Source of the DNA: Nitrospirae bacterium JdFR-86
Lineage (GTDB): Bacteria; Nitrospirota; Thermodesulfovibrionia; Thermodesulfovibrionales; JdFR-86
Direction: 5' to 3'
Length of the DNA: 64,000 nt
Assembly: GCA_002011815.1 (NCBI GenBank)
Contig: MTOV01000017.1
Location: forward strand, 10,640 to 74,639
Under the pieces are notes generated by a model. The model was not told where the DNA came from and ran no database searches. It saw only the letters and a program-made list of their open reading frames with translations. The position numbers and the translations under genes were made by a program. Shown one piece after another: positions 18,015 to 25,712 of this stretch (positions are counted from its first letter, which is position 1; every line of letters starts with the position of its first letter).

Positions 18015-18350
18015 CTACCCCTCTGTCCACAAACAGCCTTCACCACCACGGACACAGCCTGCATGACGGTAATAACCAGCTTCCTTTACAGCATTTTTAA
18101 ACGCCTCCGGATAAGTTTCTGCCAGCGTAAAACGCTTATTCGACATCACAGCCGTCCGGTGCGCTGAACACATCAGCTGAAGACAGGTAAGGTCCAGAGC
18201 ATTGACCCCTTTAAGATCAAAAATCACGTTATCAGCCTCACCAAGTAACCTTAATAAAACCTCCTTGAGTTCAGCCGCACGCTCTATGGTTAAATCACCA
18301 GTAGCTTTCAACACCCGTGCATTACCTGACTGTTCAATCTTAAAATTCAT
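18015..18350 (-). CDS. STAS-domain protein (anti-sigma-factor-antagonist fold) embedded in the che operon
   Basis: SpoIIAA-like pattern (ARVLKATGDLTIERAAELKEVLL, VIFDLKGVNALDLTCLQLM). C-terminal tail with two Cys (GCVRGGEGC). Lies 3 nt upstream of the cheA start. Confidence 0.65.
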   Translation of the reverse strand: MNFKIEQSGNARVLKATGDLTIERAAELKEVLLRLLGEADNVIFDLKGVNALDLTCLQLMCSAHRTAVMSNKRFTLAETYPEAFKNAVKEAGYYRHAGCVRGGEGCLWTEG

Positions 18351-18403
18351 CGCATACCCCCCATATCACTGGAAAATGCCCTTCACAGGGCTCGACTCCA
18401 GAC

Positions 18404-18769
18404 TCACCTTACAAACTTCTTCACAACACCTATCAGCTGCTCCGGGGTAAACGGCTTTACTATCCAGCCACTGGCACCTGCACGTCTGCCTTCCTGCTTC
18501 TTCGTCTCCTGAGACTCTGTAGTCAGCATCACTATAGGAGTAAACTTATATGCAGGTTTCAAACGCAGCTGCTTTATAAGTTCAATTCCGTCCATCTTCG
18601 GCATGTTAAGATCGGTTATCACCATCTCTACCCTTTTGCCGTCAACCCTTGCCAGTGCATCCTCGCCATCGACCGCGGCAATCACTTCAAAGCCTGCATC
18701 CTGCAATGCAAAAGACACAAGCTGTCTCATAGAAGATGAATCATCCACTATCAACACTGTCTTTGTCAT
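18404..18769 (-). CDS. cheY: CheY-like single-domain response regulator
   Basis: Receiver motifs VLIVDDSSSMRQ, MVITDLNMPKMDG, and K in WIVKPF. GGGAGGTG Shine-Dalgarno. Confidence 0.85.
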   Translation of the reverse strand: MTKTVLIVDDSSSMRQLVSFALQDAGFEVIAAVDGEDALARVDGKRVEMVITDLNMPKMDGIELIKQLRLKPAYKFTPIVMLTTESQETKKQEGRRAGASGWIVKPFTPEQLIGVVKKFVR

Positions 18770-18844
18770 ACCTCACCTCCCGAAAAAACACGTCTTTACA
18801 GGAAATCAGTCCTATAAAGACTCTTTAACGCGGTTATACTCCCC

Positions 18845-19051
18845 CTACTCTTCATGCAAATACTTAAAATACTCGCACTTCAGACAGTTGCCGAATCTCT
18901 CAAGAAAAGTGCAGTTTGGTGTAGCACCGACACACAGTGTTCCGGTTATAACCCAGCAATACCTGCCCAAACCCTTCTGTACAACAGGACAACCTTTTGT
19001 CTTGTCCATTCCGCACTTGTTGAACTCCCAGCAATTAAGCTTGTCTTTCAT
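18845..19051 (-). CDS. Small (68 aa) Cys-rich protein with two CW dipeptide motifs
   Basis: Eight Cys (C7, C13, C21, C32, C40, C47, C56, C59). The motifs NCWEFNKCG...CP and YCWVITGTLC resemble what I recall being annotated as a two-CW domain; I cannot verify this. The ORF sits between the MCP and cheY with short gaps and a Shine-Dalgarno-like AAAGGGA. Confidence 0.55.
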   Translation of the reverse strand: MKDKLNCWEFNKCGMDKTKGCPVVQKGLGRYCWVITGTLCVGATPNCTFLERFGNCLKCEYFKYLHEE

Positions 19052-19069
19052 CTATCCCTTTGAACCTGC

Positions 19070-20293
19070 TCAGAAAATAGTGACATTGTCCTCACAGGCA
19101 GAACCAGAAAAACCCTGCTGCTGCGACTGCTCCACCCCCAGTGTGTCCCGCATTACATCCCTTTCGGACTCCATCGTGTATACCTTTTCAAGCCACTCCA
19201 CACTGCCGTTTCCATCCCACTTGTGAATCTTCTCATTCACATTCTTTGCCTTCAGAATCACCTCCTCCAGCTCGTTCTTGAACGAAAGCAACGGCTCAAT
19301 CACATGCTCTATCCTCTGCCTCGTTATATCCTGAAACTGCATGGAGACAACAATACCGCTTATGTCCTTTGCAAGAGATTCGGTCTCTGCACTAAGTTCA
19401 TCAAGCTGTGCCTTTGCATCATTCACCACCTCGTCTATCCTCCTTAATGTGTCCTCCACAACAACTTCTGCTTCAGAAGCCTTTACATTGCTCTCTGATG
19501 TGCTCTGCTCTGTCCTCGAATAAATAGCCCTGATGTCCGACTCCACTTTTGTAATCAGTTTCTTTACCTCATCCGCTGCTGCATTAGACCTGTCTGAAAG
19601 TTTCCTCACCTCGTCTGCAACGACTGCGAAGCCCCTGCCGTGCTCTCCTGCCCTCGCTGCCTCTATCGTTGCATTAAGAGCAAGAAGATTCGTCTGGTCA
19701 GCTATATATTCAATGTCCCCCAATATTCTTTTTATGTCGCCGACCTCTTCTGTAATTATCTTTATATCGCCGAGCGTCTGCGTAGAAACAGAAACTATGT
19801 CTCTTAAACTTTCTATCACCTCGGAAAGTGTTTTCTTGCTTAAATCAAGGAGGGCATCCCTGTCTTCGCCCCCTGCAAACCTTTTGAATGCACCGGATGC
19901 CTTGCTTGCCTGTCCACGCGCCCTTTCAACAATGCTTGTGAATCTGTCACCGATGTCCAGTGCAGCAGTCTCGGTCTGCTCAATCACTTCCTCAAGCTGT
20001 TTCGCCATCACCGGCATGAGCCTCGCTCTCTCCTGAAGCAGACCTGTTATAGGACTTATTAATGACTCCAGCTCTGCAAAATACTGCTTCTTCTCCTTCT
20101 TATGCTCAGCCTCCAGATCCATGACAAGCCTCTTCACAAGCATATACGCAGCAGCAACAACCACAACATAGACAGCAAATACTGCAACAACCCTTACTGT
20201 CATGCCTTCAATGAAAGATGCTGCAAGGAGCGGCAGGAAGATTAACGCTGTTTTCAGAGCAAGCCTCCAATCAGACCTTGCACTCAAGCTCAT
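19070..20293 (-). CDS. Membrane-anchored methyl-accepting chemotaxis protein lacking a sizeable periplasmic domain
   Basis: Two adjacent N-terminal hydrophobic helices. MA tip [47 protein letters not shown] motif. Start set to ATG 20293 (GGAGGG 6 nt upstream). The track start 20365 is a TTG that would overlap the upstream gene by 95 nt. Confidence 0.8.
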   Translation of the reverse strand: MSLSARSDWRLALKTALIFLPLLAASFIEGMTVRVVAVFAVYVVVVAAAYMLVKRLVMDLEAEHKKEKKQYFAELESLISPITGLLQERARLMPVMAKQLEEVIEQTETAALDIGDRFTSIVERARGQASKASGAFKRFAGGEDRDALLDLSKKTLSEVIESLRDIVSVSTQTLGDIKIITEEVGDIKRILGDIEYIADQTNLLALNATIEAARAGEHGRGFAVVADEVRKLSDRSNAAADEVKKLITKVESDIRAIYSRTEQSTSESNVKASEAEVVVEDTLRRIDEVVNDAKAQLDELSAETESLAKDISGIVVSMQFQDITRQRIEHVIEPLLSFKNELEEVILKAKNVNEKIHKWDGNGSVEWLEKVYTMESERDVMRDTLGVEQSQQQGFSGSACEDNVTIF

Positions 20294-20681
20294 TGACGCC
20301 CTCCATTTTTTGCAGAATAGTATCCACGCGCTTAACCATCTCCTCTGGCTCAAACGGCTTGTCAAGGAACTCCGAACACCCCCGGCGCATCAACTCAACA
20401 ACCATGGCTTTGTCACCATACCCTGATACAGCAAAGACAGGAATGGAAATGCCATTCCTGTTTAACTCATCCAAAAGCTCAATGCCAGACATCACAGGCA
20501 TCTGGACATCTACAACAAGCAAGTCGAACACCTCACCTTTTCTCTGTGCCTCGAGAATCCTCTGAAGAGCCTCCCGGCCATCCTCTGCCTCACTCGTCCT
20601 GTAGCCCGCCCTCCTTAATGCAACAGAAGCAGCAAAACGGAAATGAGGTTCATCATCAATCACCAATATATGCTTTGCCAT
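20271..20681 (-). CDS. Single-domain response regulator (receiver), first gene of the che operon
   Basis: [26 protein letters not shown], and K in FLDKPF. Start set to ATG 20681 (GAAGGTGG upstream). The track start 20696 is a TTG. Confidence 0.8.
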   Translation of the reverse strand: MAKHILVIDDEPHFRFAASVALRRAGYRTSEAEDGREALQRILEAQRKGEVFDLLVVDVQMPVMSGIELLDELNRNGISIPVFAVSGYGDKAMVVELMRRGCSEFLDKPFEPEEMVKRVDTILQKMEGVNELECKV

Positions 20682-20707
20682 CCCCGCCACCTTCAAAACC
20701 CAATAAA

Positions 20708-20723
20708 AGCAGAAACGATGCCA
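20708..20723 (-). promoter_or_regulatory. Candidate sigma54 (-24/-12) promoter of the chemosensory operon
   Basis: Minus strand reads CTGGCATCGTTTCTGCTT, with the GG and GC dinucleotides at the canonical spacing of TGGCAC-N5-TTGC. It lies about 25-40 nt upstream of ATG 20681 and directly downstream of a sigma54 activator gene. Confidence 0.5.
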
Positions 20724-20932
20724 GACAACCCGGGCAGAACACCAGACCGCCTAAAAGGTATTCAAAACCAGACATATCAACCGGAAAACGATAATCCGGA
20801 CTTTGGGAATGAACAGCAAAGGGGTGCGACAGATTTAAAGGCTTGTGACTTAAAAAGTCGAAAAAGTCAATAAAGCAAATAAGTTATCTCTGATGCAAAA
20901 ATTGTTACAGGTGCAAAAAATGTCGCAGCCTT

Positions 20933-22336
20933 TTAATGTGAATCCCCTGTCTTCGCCTTCCTGTTTAGACGTTTATTAAGTGCCTGGCGGGTAATGCCAA
21001 GAAGAGATGCTGCAATGCCCTGATTGCCTTTCGCCAGCTTCAAAGCCTCTGATATCAAATACTCCTCAGCCTCTCTCAAGGTGGGAAATCTCCCTGAAAT
21101 CCCGAGGAAAGGACTTCCTTCCGAAGGGGGAAAACTCCTCATTGAAGACTCCTGTCCAATAGTCTCCTTGAAACTGTCCATCGAAAGCACTCCGGATTTA
21201 TGCCTTGCTACAGCATCAAAAATCATCGCCCTAAGCTCACGTATGTTGCCGGGGAAATGATATGTGGAAAGAAGCGTCATAAGCTCAGGCGGAGGCGTCG
21301 GCTTTTTCTTGTTCATAGATTTCGCAGCTTCCTCAAGAAAATGATCAACAAGCAGCGGAATGTCCTCTTTCCTTTCTCTAAGCGGAGGGATGTGTATCTG
21401 GTGTGCACGCAGACGATAATACAGGTCTTTGCGGAATTTTCCCTTTTGTATCAGCTTCTGAAGGTCTTGATTTGTAGCCACAACAATACGTGCATCAGTG
21501 CGCTTCGGAACATCCGAGCCAAGAGGATAATACGTCTGCTCCTGTAAAAGACGCAAAAGCTTAACCTGCGAAGACTCGCTCAGGTCGCCTATTTCATCGA
21601 GAAACAAAGTTCCGCCTGAAGTCTGGGCAACCAGACCGTTCCTCGCCTCTGTTGCTCCGGTGTATGCACCTTTTCTGTGACCAAACAATGTATCGGAAAA
21701 CATCGTGTCATCCAGACCAGCCACATCCACTGCAACAAAATTCCCCTTAAGCCCGCTGAGTTCATGCAGCGCCCTCGCAATTAACTCCTTGCCTACACCT
21801 GTCTCACCAGTAATCAATACAGGCTGCTGAGAGCCGGCAATAGCCTCTACATATTGAAATACAGCACGCATTTTCTTGCTGTTCGTGATTATCGGAGCAA
21901 AAACATCTTCGTGCTCCAGTCTGTCTGTAAGGAGATGCCGCTTTAACGAAGAGACCTCATTACGCAGTGCACAAAGCTCTACCGCCCTCTTAACACTCGA
22001 AATAAACCGGCTCTTTTCAACAGGCTTTACAAGATAATCAAAAGCACCTGACTTTATACACTCAACAGCTGTTTCCAGTTCATTCGTTGCAGTCATAATA
22101 ATAACGGGTATGTGCGGATACTCATGACTGATTCTATGAAGCAGCTCCTTGCCTGACAGATGAGGCATAGACAGGTCAAGCACAACCACTGCTACATCCT
22201 GCCTGTAAAGAAGAGGCATGACCTCCCGGCTGTCTTCAACAGTAATAACATCTTTTACACCTGCTGTGCGCAACATCACACTGGCACTCAGCAGAGCCTG
22301 AGGCTCATCATCTACAAGAAGCACAGGAAAGCCCAT
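20933..22336 (-). CDS. Sigma54-dependent (NtrC-family) response regulator
   Basis: Receiver (VLLVDDEP, VVLDLSMPHLSG). AAA+ sigma54-interaction module (GETGVGKE Walker A, GAYTGA loop). C-terminal Fis-type HTH (AASLLGITRQALNKRL). Confidence 0.9.
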   Translation of the reverse strand: MGFPVLLVDDEPQALLSASVMLRTAGVKDVITVEDSREVMPLLYRQDVAVVVLDLSMPHLSGKELLHRISHEYPHIPVIIMTATNELETAVECIKSGAFDYLVKPVEKSRFISSVKRAVELCALRNEVSSLKRHLLTDRLEHEDVFAPIITNSKKMRAVFQYVEAIAGSQQPVLITGETGVGKELIARALHELSGLKGNFVAVDVAGLDDTMFSDTLFGHRKGAYTGATEARNGLVAQTSGGTLFLDEIGDLSESSQVKLLRLLQEQTYYPLGSDVPKRTDARIVVATNQDLQKLIQKGKFRKDLYYRLRAHQIHIPPLRERKEDIPLLVDHFLEEAAKSMNKKKPTPPPELMTLLSTYHFPGNIRELRAMIFDAVARHKSGVLSMDSFKETIGQESSMRSFPPSEGSPFLGISGRFPTLREAEEYLISEALKLAKGNQGIAASLLGITRQALNKRLNRKAKTGDSH

Positions 22337-22341
22337 TGCCT

Positions 22342-25011
22342 CTAACTCCCTTTAACCTTAAATTCAGTCGCAGGCAACCTGACAATTGCAGTCGTCCCCT
22401 TGCCAGGCTCAGACTCAAACTGAATACTGGCATTGTGGTTCTTAATAATGGAATACGATATGGAAAGCCCAAGACCTGTGCCTCCGGCGTCAAGCTTGGT
22501 GGTGAAAAATGGTTCGGTAATCCTTTCAAGCACATCCGCTGTCATACCAACACCTTCGTCCTTGACCTCTATTACCACAGAGTCTGATTCAGCATCAAAA
22601 AAAGTAGATACCCAGATTGCACGCTTTCTGTCAGGTAACGCTTGAAGGGAATTTAAAATAAGATTGATGACCACCTGCTCGAGTTGCTGCGCACTGCCTT
22701 TAACCAAAGGCAGGTTCTCCCCACAATTAAGATGAAAATTATCAGTGTGCTTTTTTATCTGATTGCTGAGGATTAAAGCCGAAGCCGTAACAACTTTGTT
22801 TATGTCAACCTTTCCGTCAAGACCTGACTTGTCCTGCCGCACAAAGTCCTTCAGGTTGTCAACTATACTCTTTATCCTGCGGGAACCATCGGTTATACCC
22901 GAAAGCAGCCTTGGTATGACCTCACGCATCTCTGAAAACGGCAGGCCTCCGAGAAAAAACTCGCCGTTTTCACGACTGTATTCATCAAGTATCCGGACTG
23001 CATCCTTCCATACCTCGGAAAGAAGCGAGGAATTGAACATGATAAAATTATTCGGATTGTTTATCTCATGTGCAACACCAGAGACAAGTGTGCCGAGCGC
23101 AGTCATCTTGTTCGCCTGAATCAGCTGAGCCTGACGAAGCTTCGTTTCCTCTTCCATACGAATCTTCTCTGTTATATCCCTGAAAGAACAGTAAAGGACA
23201 TCGCTCTGCTGTAATCTTATGACCTTCCCTCTGATAGAAACGACGACCTTTGTCCCGTCCTTTCTGATGCATGTCTCCTCGTCTATACGTAAACCTTTTT
23301 TCTCCAGGTCACTGTCCTTGATTGCCTGTCTGAATCTCTTCGATTCCTCCGGTGCTATGAATAAAGGACCGTGCTTGATAAGCTCCTGCTTTGTATAACC
23401 GAAAAGTTCTACTGCTGCCGGATTGACATCTACAATCTCACAGGTTCCGGACTTGAATATGATTATGCCGTCTTCGTTCTGTAAAAAAATCTGCTTGCAC
23501 CGGTCTTCGCTTTCCCTGAGCGCTTCTTCAGCCTGCCCCTTCTTTATCACCAGAGCAACCTGCGATGCAAGACGTCCGAGCACCTCTGCATCCTCCTCGC
23601 TTACACTCCTCCTGGTAGCCACACCCAATACACCTATCACTTCCCCTTTTGCAATGAGAGGCGCCCGTATCACGTGCTTAAATCCTGAAATCAAGGCAAT
23701 CGGAACTGCAAAGGACTTGAGCTTTTTATCCTCAGTGAAATTCTCAAAAAACTTTACTACGTTATCAGTAGTGAGCACCTCGCCTGTCTCCACCACCTTC
23801 GTGAAACAACTCCCTTTGTAAAGCGGAATTCTGAGTCCACGAATATTAAGCCCTGTCAGTCTCTCAATACGCCTTAGAAGATTCAAATCTATGGACAAAG
23901 CAGCATATATCAGTTCATTCCTGTTTTTTTCAAGAAGCAAAATGTCACAGGCTACACAGTCGAAAAACTCCCTCACACTGTCAACTATCATCTGCAATAC
24001 AGCATCCAGTGGAATGCTGCTGTTTACAGCGTTGTTTATCTTCTGTAGAAGACGAAGCTCTTCCTCAACACGCTTACGCTTGGTTATATCCGTTGTAACT
24101 TTGATGAAATGGGTGATGACTCCATCTCTGTCCCTTACGGGGAAAATAGTCGTGTATTCCCAGTAAAATTTTCCGTTTTTCTTCTTGCGAAACTCTCCAT
24201 GCTTTACCCTGCCGGAGGTAATAGCATCCTGCAACCACTCATACTCCTCTGAAGACAACTTGCCCAGTTCTGCTATGTTTGTTCCGAGAATATCTTCAAG
24301 CGCATAACCTGTTAGCTGGGTAAACTTCCGGTTGACATACTCTATGTTGCCTCTGGTATCGGTAATTACAACCATACTGGGACTCTGCTCCACAGCACTT
24401 GACAGCCTGTGCAACTTGTCCTCTGTCCGCTTCATATCCTCCATTGCATTGAGCAAAACTTCCTGCGACATCTCCAGATGAACAGCCTTTTCACCCAGCT
24501 TGCGGTTTCTCTCTGCAACTTCAAGATAAGCCTTTTTCAACTCCTCGTTCCTCAAGCAGGCATTACACGCTGCAGCCAGTTTCGACACCACAGGCGTCAA
24601 CGACTCAATTAATACAGGGTCTAAGCTTTCACCGTTTTTTATCAGAACCATTGCACCGAATGCAGGCAATTCAATGATATAGAAAAAACCTCCACTGCAC
24701 CGTCCGCTCAAAGGCAACCTTTTGCAATAATCAGCTGCATGCTGCTCATCAACAAAAAGTCCAGGGACACTCTGCAGCGCTTCCTGATATGCCTCGTTTT
24801 CATTGATATCCTGCGGTATGGAACAGACAGAAGTAAAACTGAGTCCCCTCTCTGCCTCTTTCCTCAGGCGATAGACCCCTCCGGCTGAACAGTCAAGCTT
24901 TTCCACAAAAGCCGTCAAACTCTTCTGGAGCATCTCCTCAAGCTCCAGCCCTGTGTCAATTGACATCGCTATCTCATACAGAATCTGAACGTGCTCTGCT
25001 ACACCCTTCAT
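22342..25011 (-). CDS. Multi-domain sensor histidine kinase (GAF/PAS repeats, HisKA, HATPase)
   Basis: 889 aa, no obvious transmembrane segment. PAS-like segments (SPSMVVITDTRGNIEYVN, EDGIIIFKSGTCEIVDVN). H-box VSGVAHEINNP. G-boxes DEGVGM and GTGLGLS. Stop is 5 nt before the NtrC-type gene start. Confidence 0.85.
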   Translation of the reverse strand: MKGVAEHVQILYEIAMSIDTGLELEEMLQKSLTAFVEKLDCSAGGVYRLRKEAERGLSFTSVCSIPQDINENEAYQEALQSVPGLFVDEQHAADYCKRLPLSGRCSGGFFYIIELPAFGAMVLIKNGESLDPVLIESLTPVVSKLAAACNACLRNEELKKAYLEVAERNRKLGEKAVHLEMSQEVLLNAMEDMKRTEDKLHRLSSAVEQSPSMVVITDTRGNIEYVNRKFTQLTGYALEDILGTNIAELGKLSSEEYEWLQDAITSGRVKHGEFRKKKNGKFYWEYTTIFPVRDRDGVITHFIKVTTDITKRKRVEEELRLLQKINNAVNSSIPLDAVLQMIVDSVREFFDCVACDILLLEKNRNELIYAALSIDLNLLRRIERLTGLNIRGLRIPLYKGSCFTKVVETGEVLTTDNVVKFFENFTEDKKLKSFAVPIALISGFKHVIRAPLIAKGEVIGVLGVATRRSVSEEDAEVLGRLASQVALVIKKGQAEEALRESEDRCKQIFLQNEDGIIIFKSGTCEIVDVNPAAVELFGYTKQELIKHGPLFIAPEESKRFRQAIKDSDLEKKGLRIDEETCIRKDGTKVVVSIRGKVIRLQQSDVLYCSFRDITEKIRMEEETKLRQAQLIQANKMTALGTLVSGVAHEINNPNNFIMFNSSLLSEVWKDAVRILDEYSRENGEFFLGGLPFSEMREVIPRLLSGITDGSRRIKSIVDNLKDFVRQDKSGLDGKVDINKVVTASALILSNQIKKHTDNFHLNCGENLPLVKGSAQQLEQVVINLILNSLQALPDRKRAIWVSTFFDAESDSVVIEVKDEGVGMTADVLERITEPFFTTKLDAGGTGLGLSISYSIIKNHNASIQFESEPGKGTTAIVRLPATEFKVKGS

Positions 25012-25293
25012 CTACACTCCCCTGGTAGAAACCTTACCCGTATTATCTTTTCGGCAAAGCAACCGTTCGTCATTAATCACTTTGATTGGATGAGTTGAAG
25101 GAAGGATATTAAAGGACTTCTTCATAAAAAACATCAATTCTTTAAATTAAATTAAAAATTAATTAAATTTATCCTATATATTTTTTCTTCATAATGTATA
25201 AGTCAACCAACTAAGAGTTGCTGGCAGCCCTTAAAATTGAAACTTACGGTAGTTAAAAGCAATGGCTGTCCTGTAGGCGAAAACAGCCGGCTA

Positions 25294-25322
25294 TTGACAT
25301 TATCCGTCAACCGTTTTATATT
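25294..25322 (+). promoter_or_regulatory. Near-consensus sigma70 promoter abutting the rpmH start codon
   Basis: TTGACA (25294-25299), a 17-nt spacer, then TATATT (25317-25322). The rpmH ATG (25331) is 8 nt after the -10 hexamer, and there is an in-frame ATG at 25325. Confidence 0.55.
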
Positions 25323-25330
25323 AAATGTCT

Positions 25331-25471
25331 ATGGGCACTTATACTACATATCGGCCACATAATATAAAGAGGAAAAGGACTCATGGCTTCCTGAGCAGAA
25401 TGCGCTCAGTAGGCGGCCGTAGAGTCATCAAAAGAAGAAGGGCAAAAGGTAGAAAGAGACTTACTGTATAA
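25331..25471 (+). CDS. rpmH: 50S ribosomal protein L34
   Basis: 46-aa ORF, below the track cut-off: [46 protein letters not shown]. It has the conserved KRKRTHGF and RRR.KGRK L34 signature and sits in the canonical position upstream of yidD-yidC. Confidence 0.9.
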   Translation: MGTYTTYRPHNIKRKRTHGFLSRMRSVGGRRVIKRRRAKGRKRLTV

Positions 25472-25490
25472 TTCTTTCCCTTAATTTATT

Positions 25491-25712
25491 ATGCTTTCAG
25501 TTATAAGAAAAACAATTCTCTTCATTATAGAATTATACAGGCGTACACTTTCGCCATATCTGCCCGGGGGATGCAGATTTACGCCTACATGCTCTCAGTA
25601 CTCAAAAGAGGCTATTGAAAAATACGGCATAGCAAAAGGCTTTTATCTTACAGTTAAAAGAATTCTTAAATGTCATCCACTCCATCCCGGCGGATACGAC
25701 CCTGTAAGGTAA
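25491..25712 (+). CDS. yidD: Membrane protein insertion efficiency factor YidD
   Basis: [19 protein letters not shown] and [13 protein letters not shown] motifs. Immediately precedes yidC. Confidence 0.9.
   Translation: MLSVIRKTILFIIELYRRTLSPYLPGGCRFTPTCSQYSKEAIEKYGIAKGFYLTVKRILKCHPLHPGGYDPVR

Noticed and set aside
20271-20365. The 95-nt overlap between the receiver gene and the MCP as drawn in the ORF track, which could suggest a frameshift or fusion.
   Set aside because: The track start is a TTG. An in-frame ATG at 20293 with a GGAGGG site 6 nt upstream gives a conventional 23-nt overlap, so no frameshift needs to be invoked.
25012-25330. Possible oriC. The region has an AT-rich run (TTTAAATTAAATTAAAAATTAATTAAATTTA) next to rpmH, at the point where the all-minus-strand left block ends.
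   Set aside because: Only two weak DnaA-box-like sites are present (TTATCCTAT and TTATCCGTC, each 3 mismatches from TTATCCACA). dnaA and dnaN are not adjacent. Minus-strand genes also occur to the right. The AT-rich DNA is adequately explained as divergent promoter DNA. A GC-skew analysis of the whole replicon is needed.
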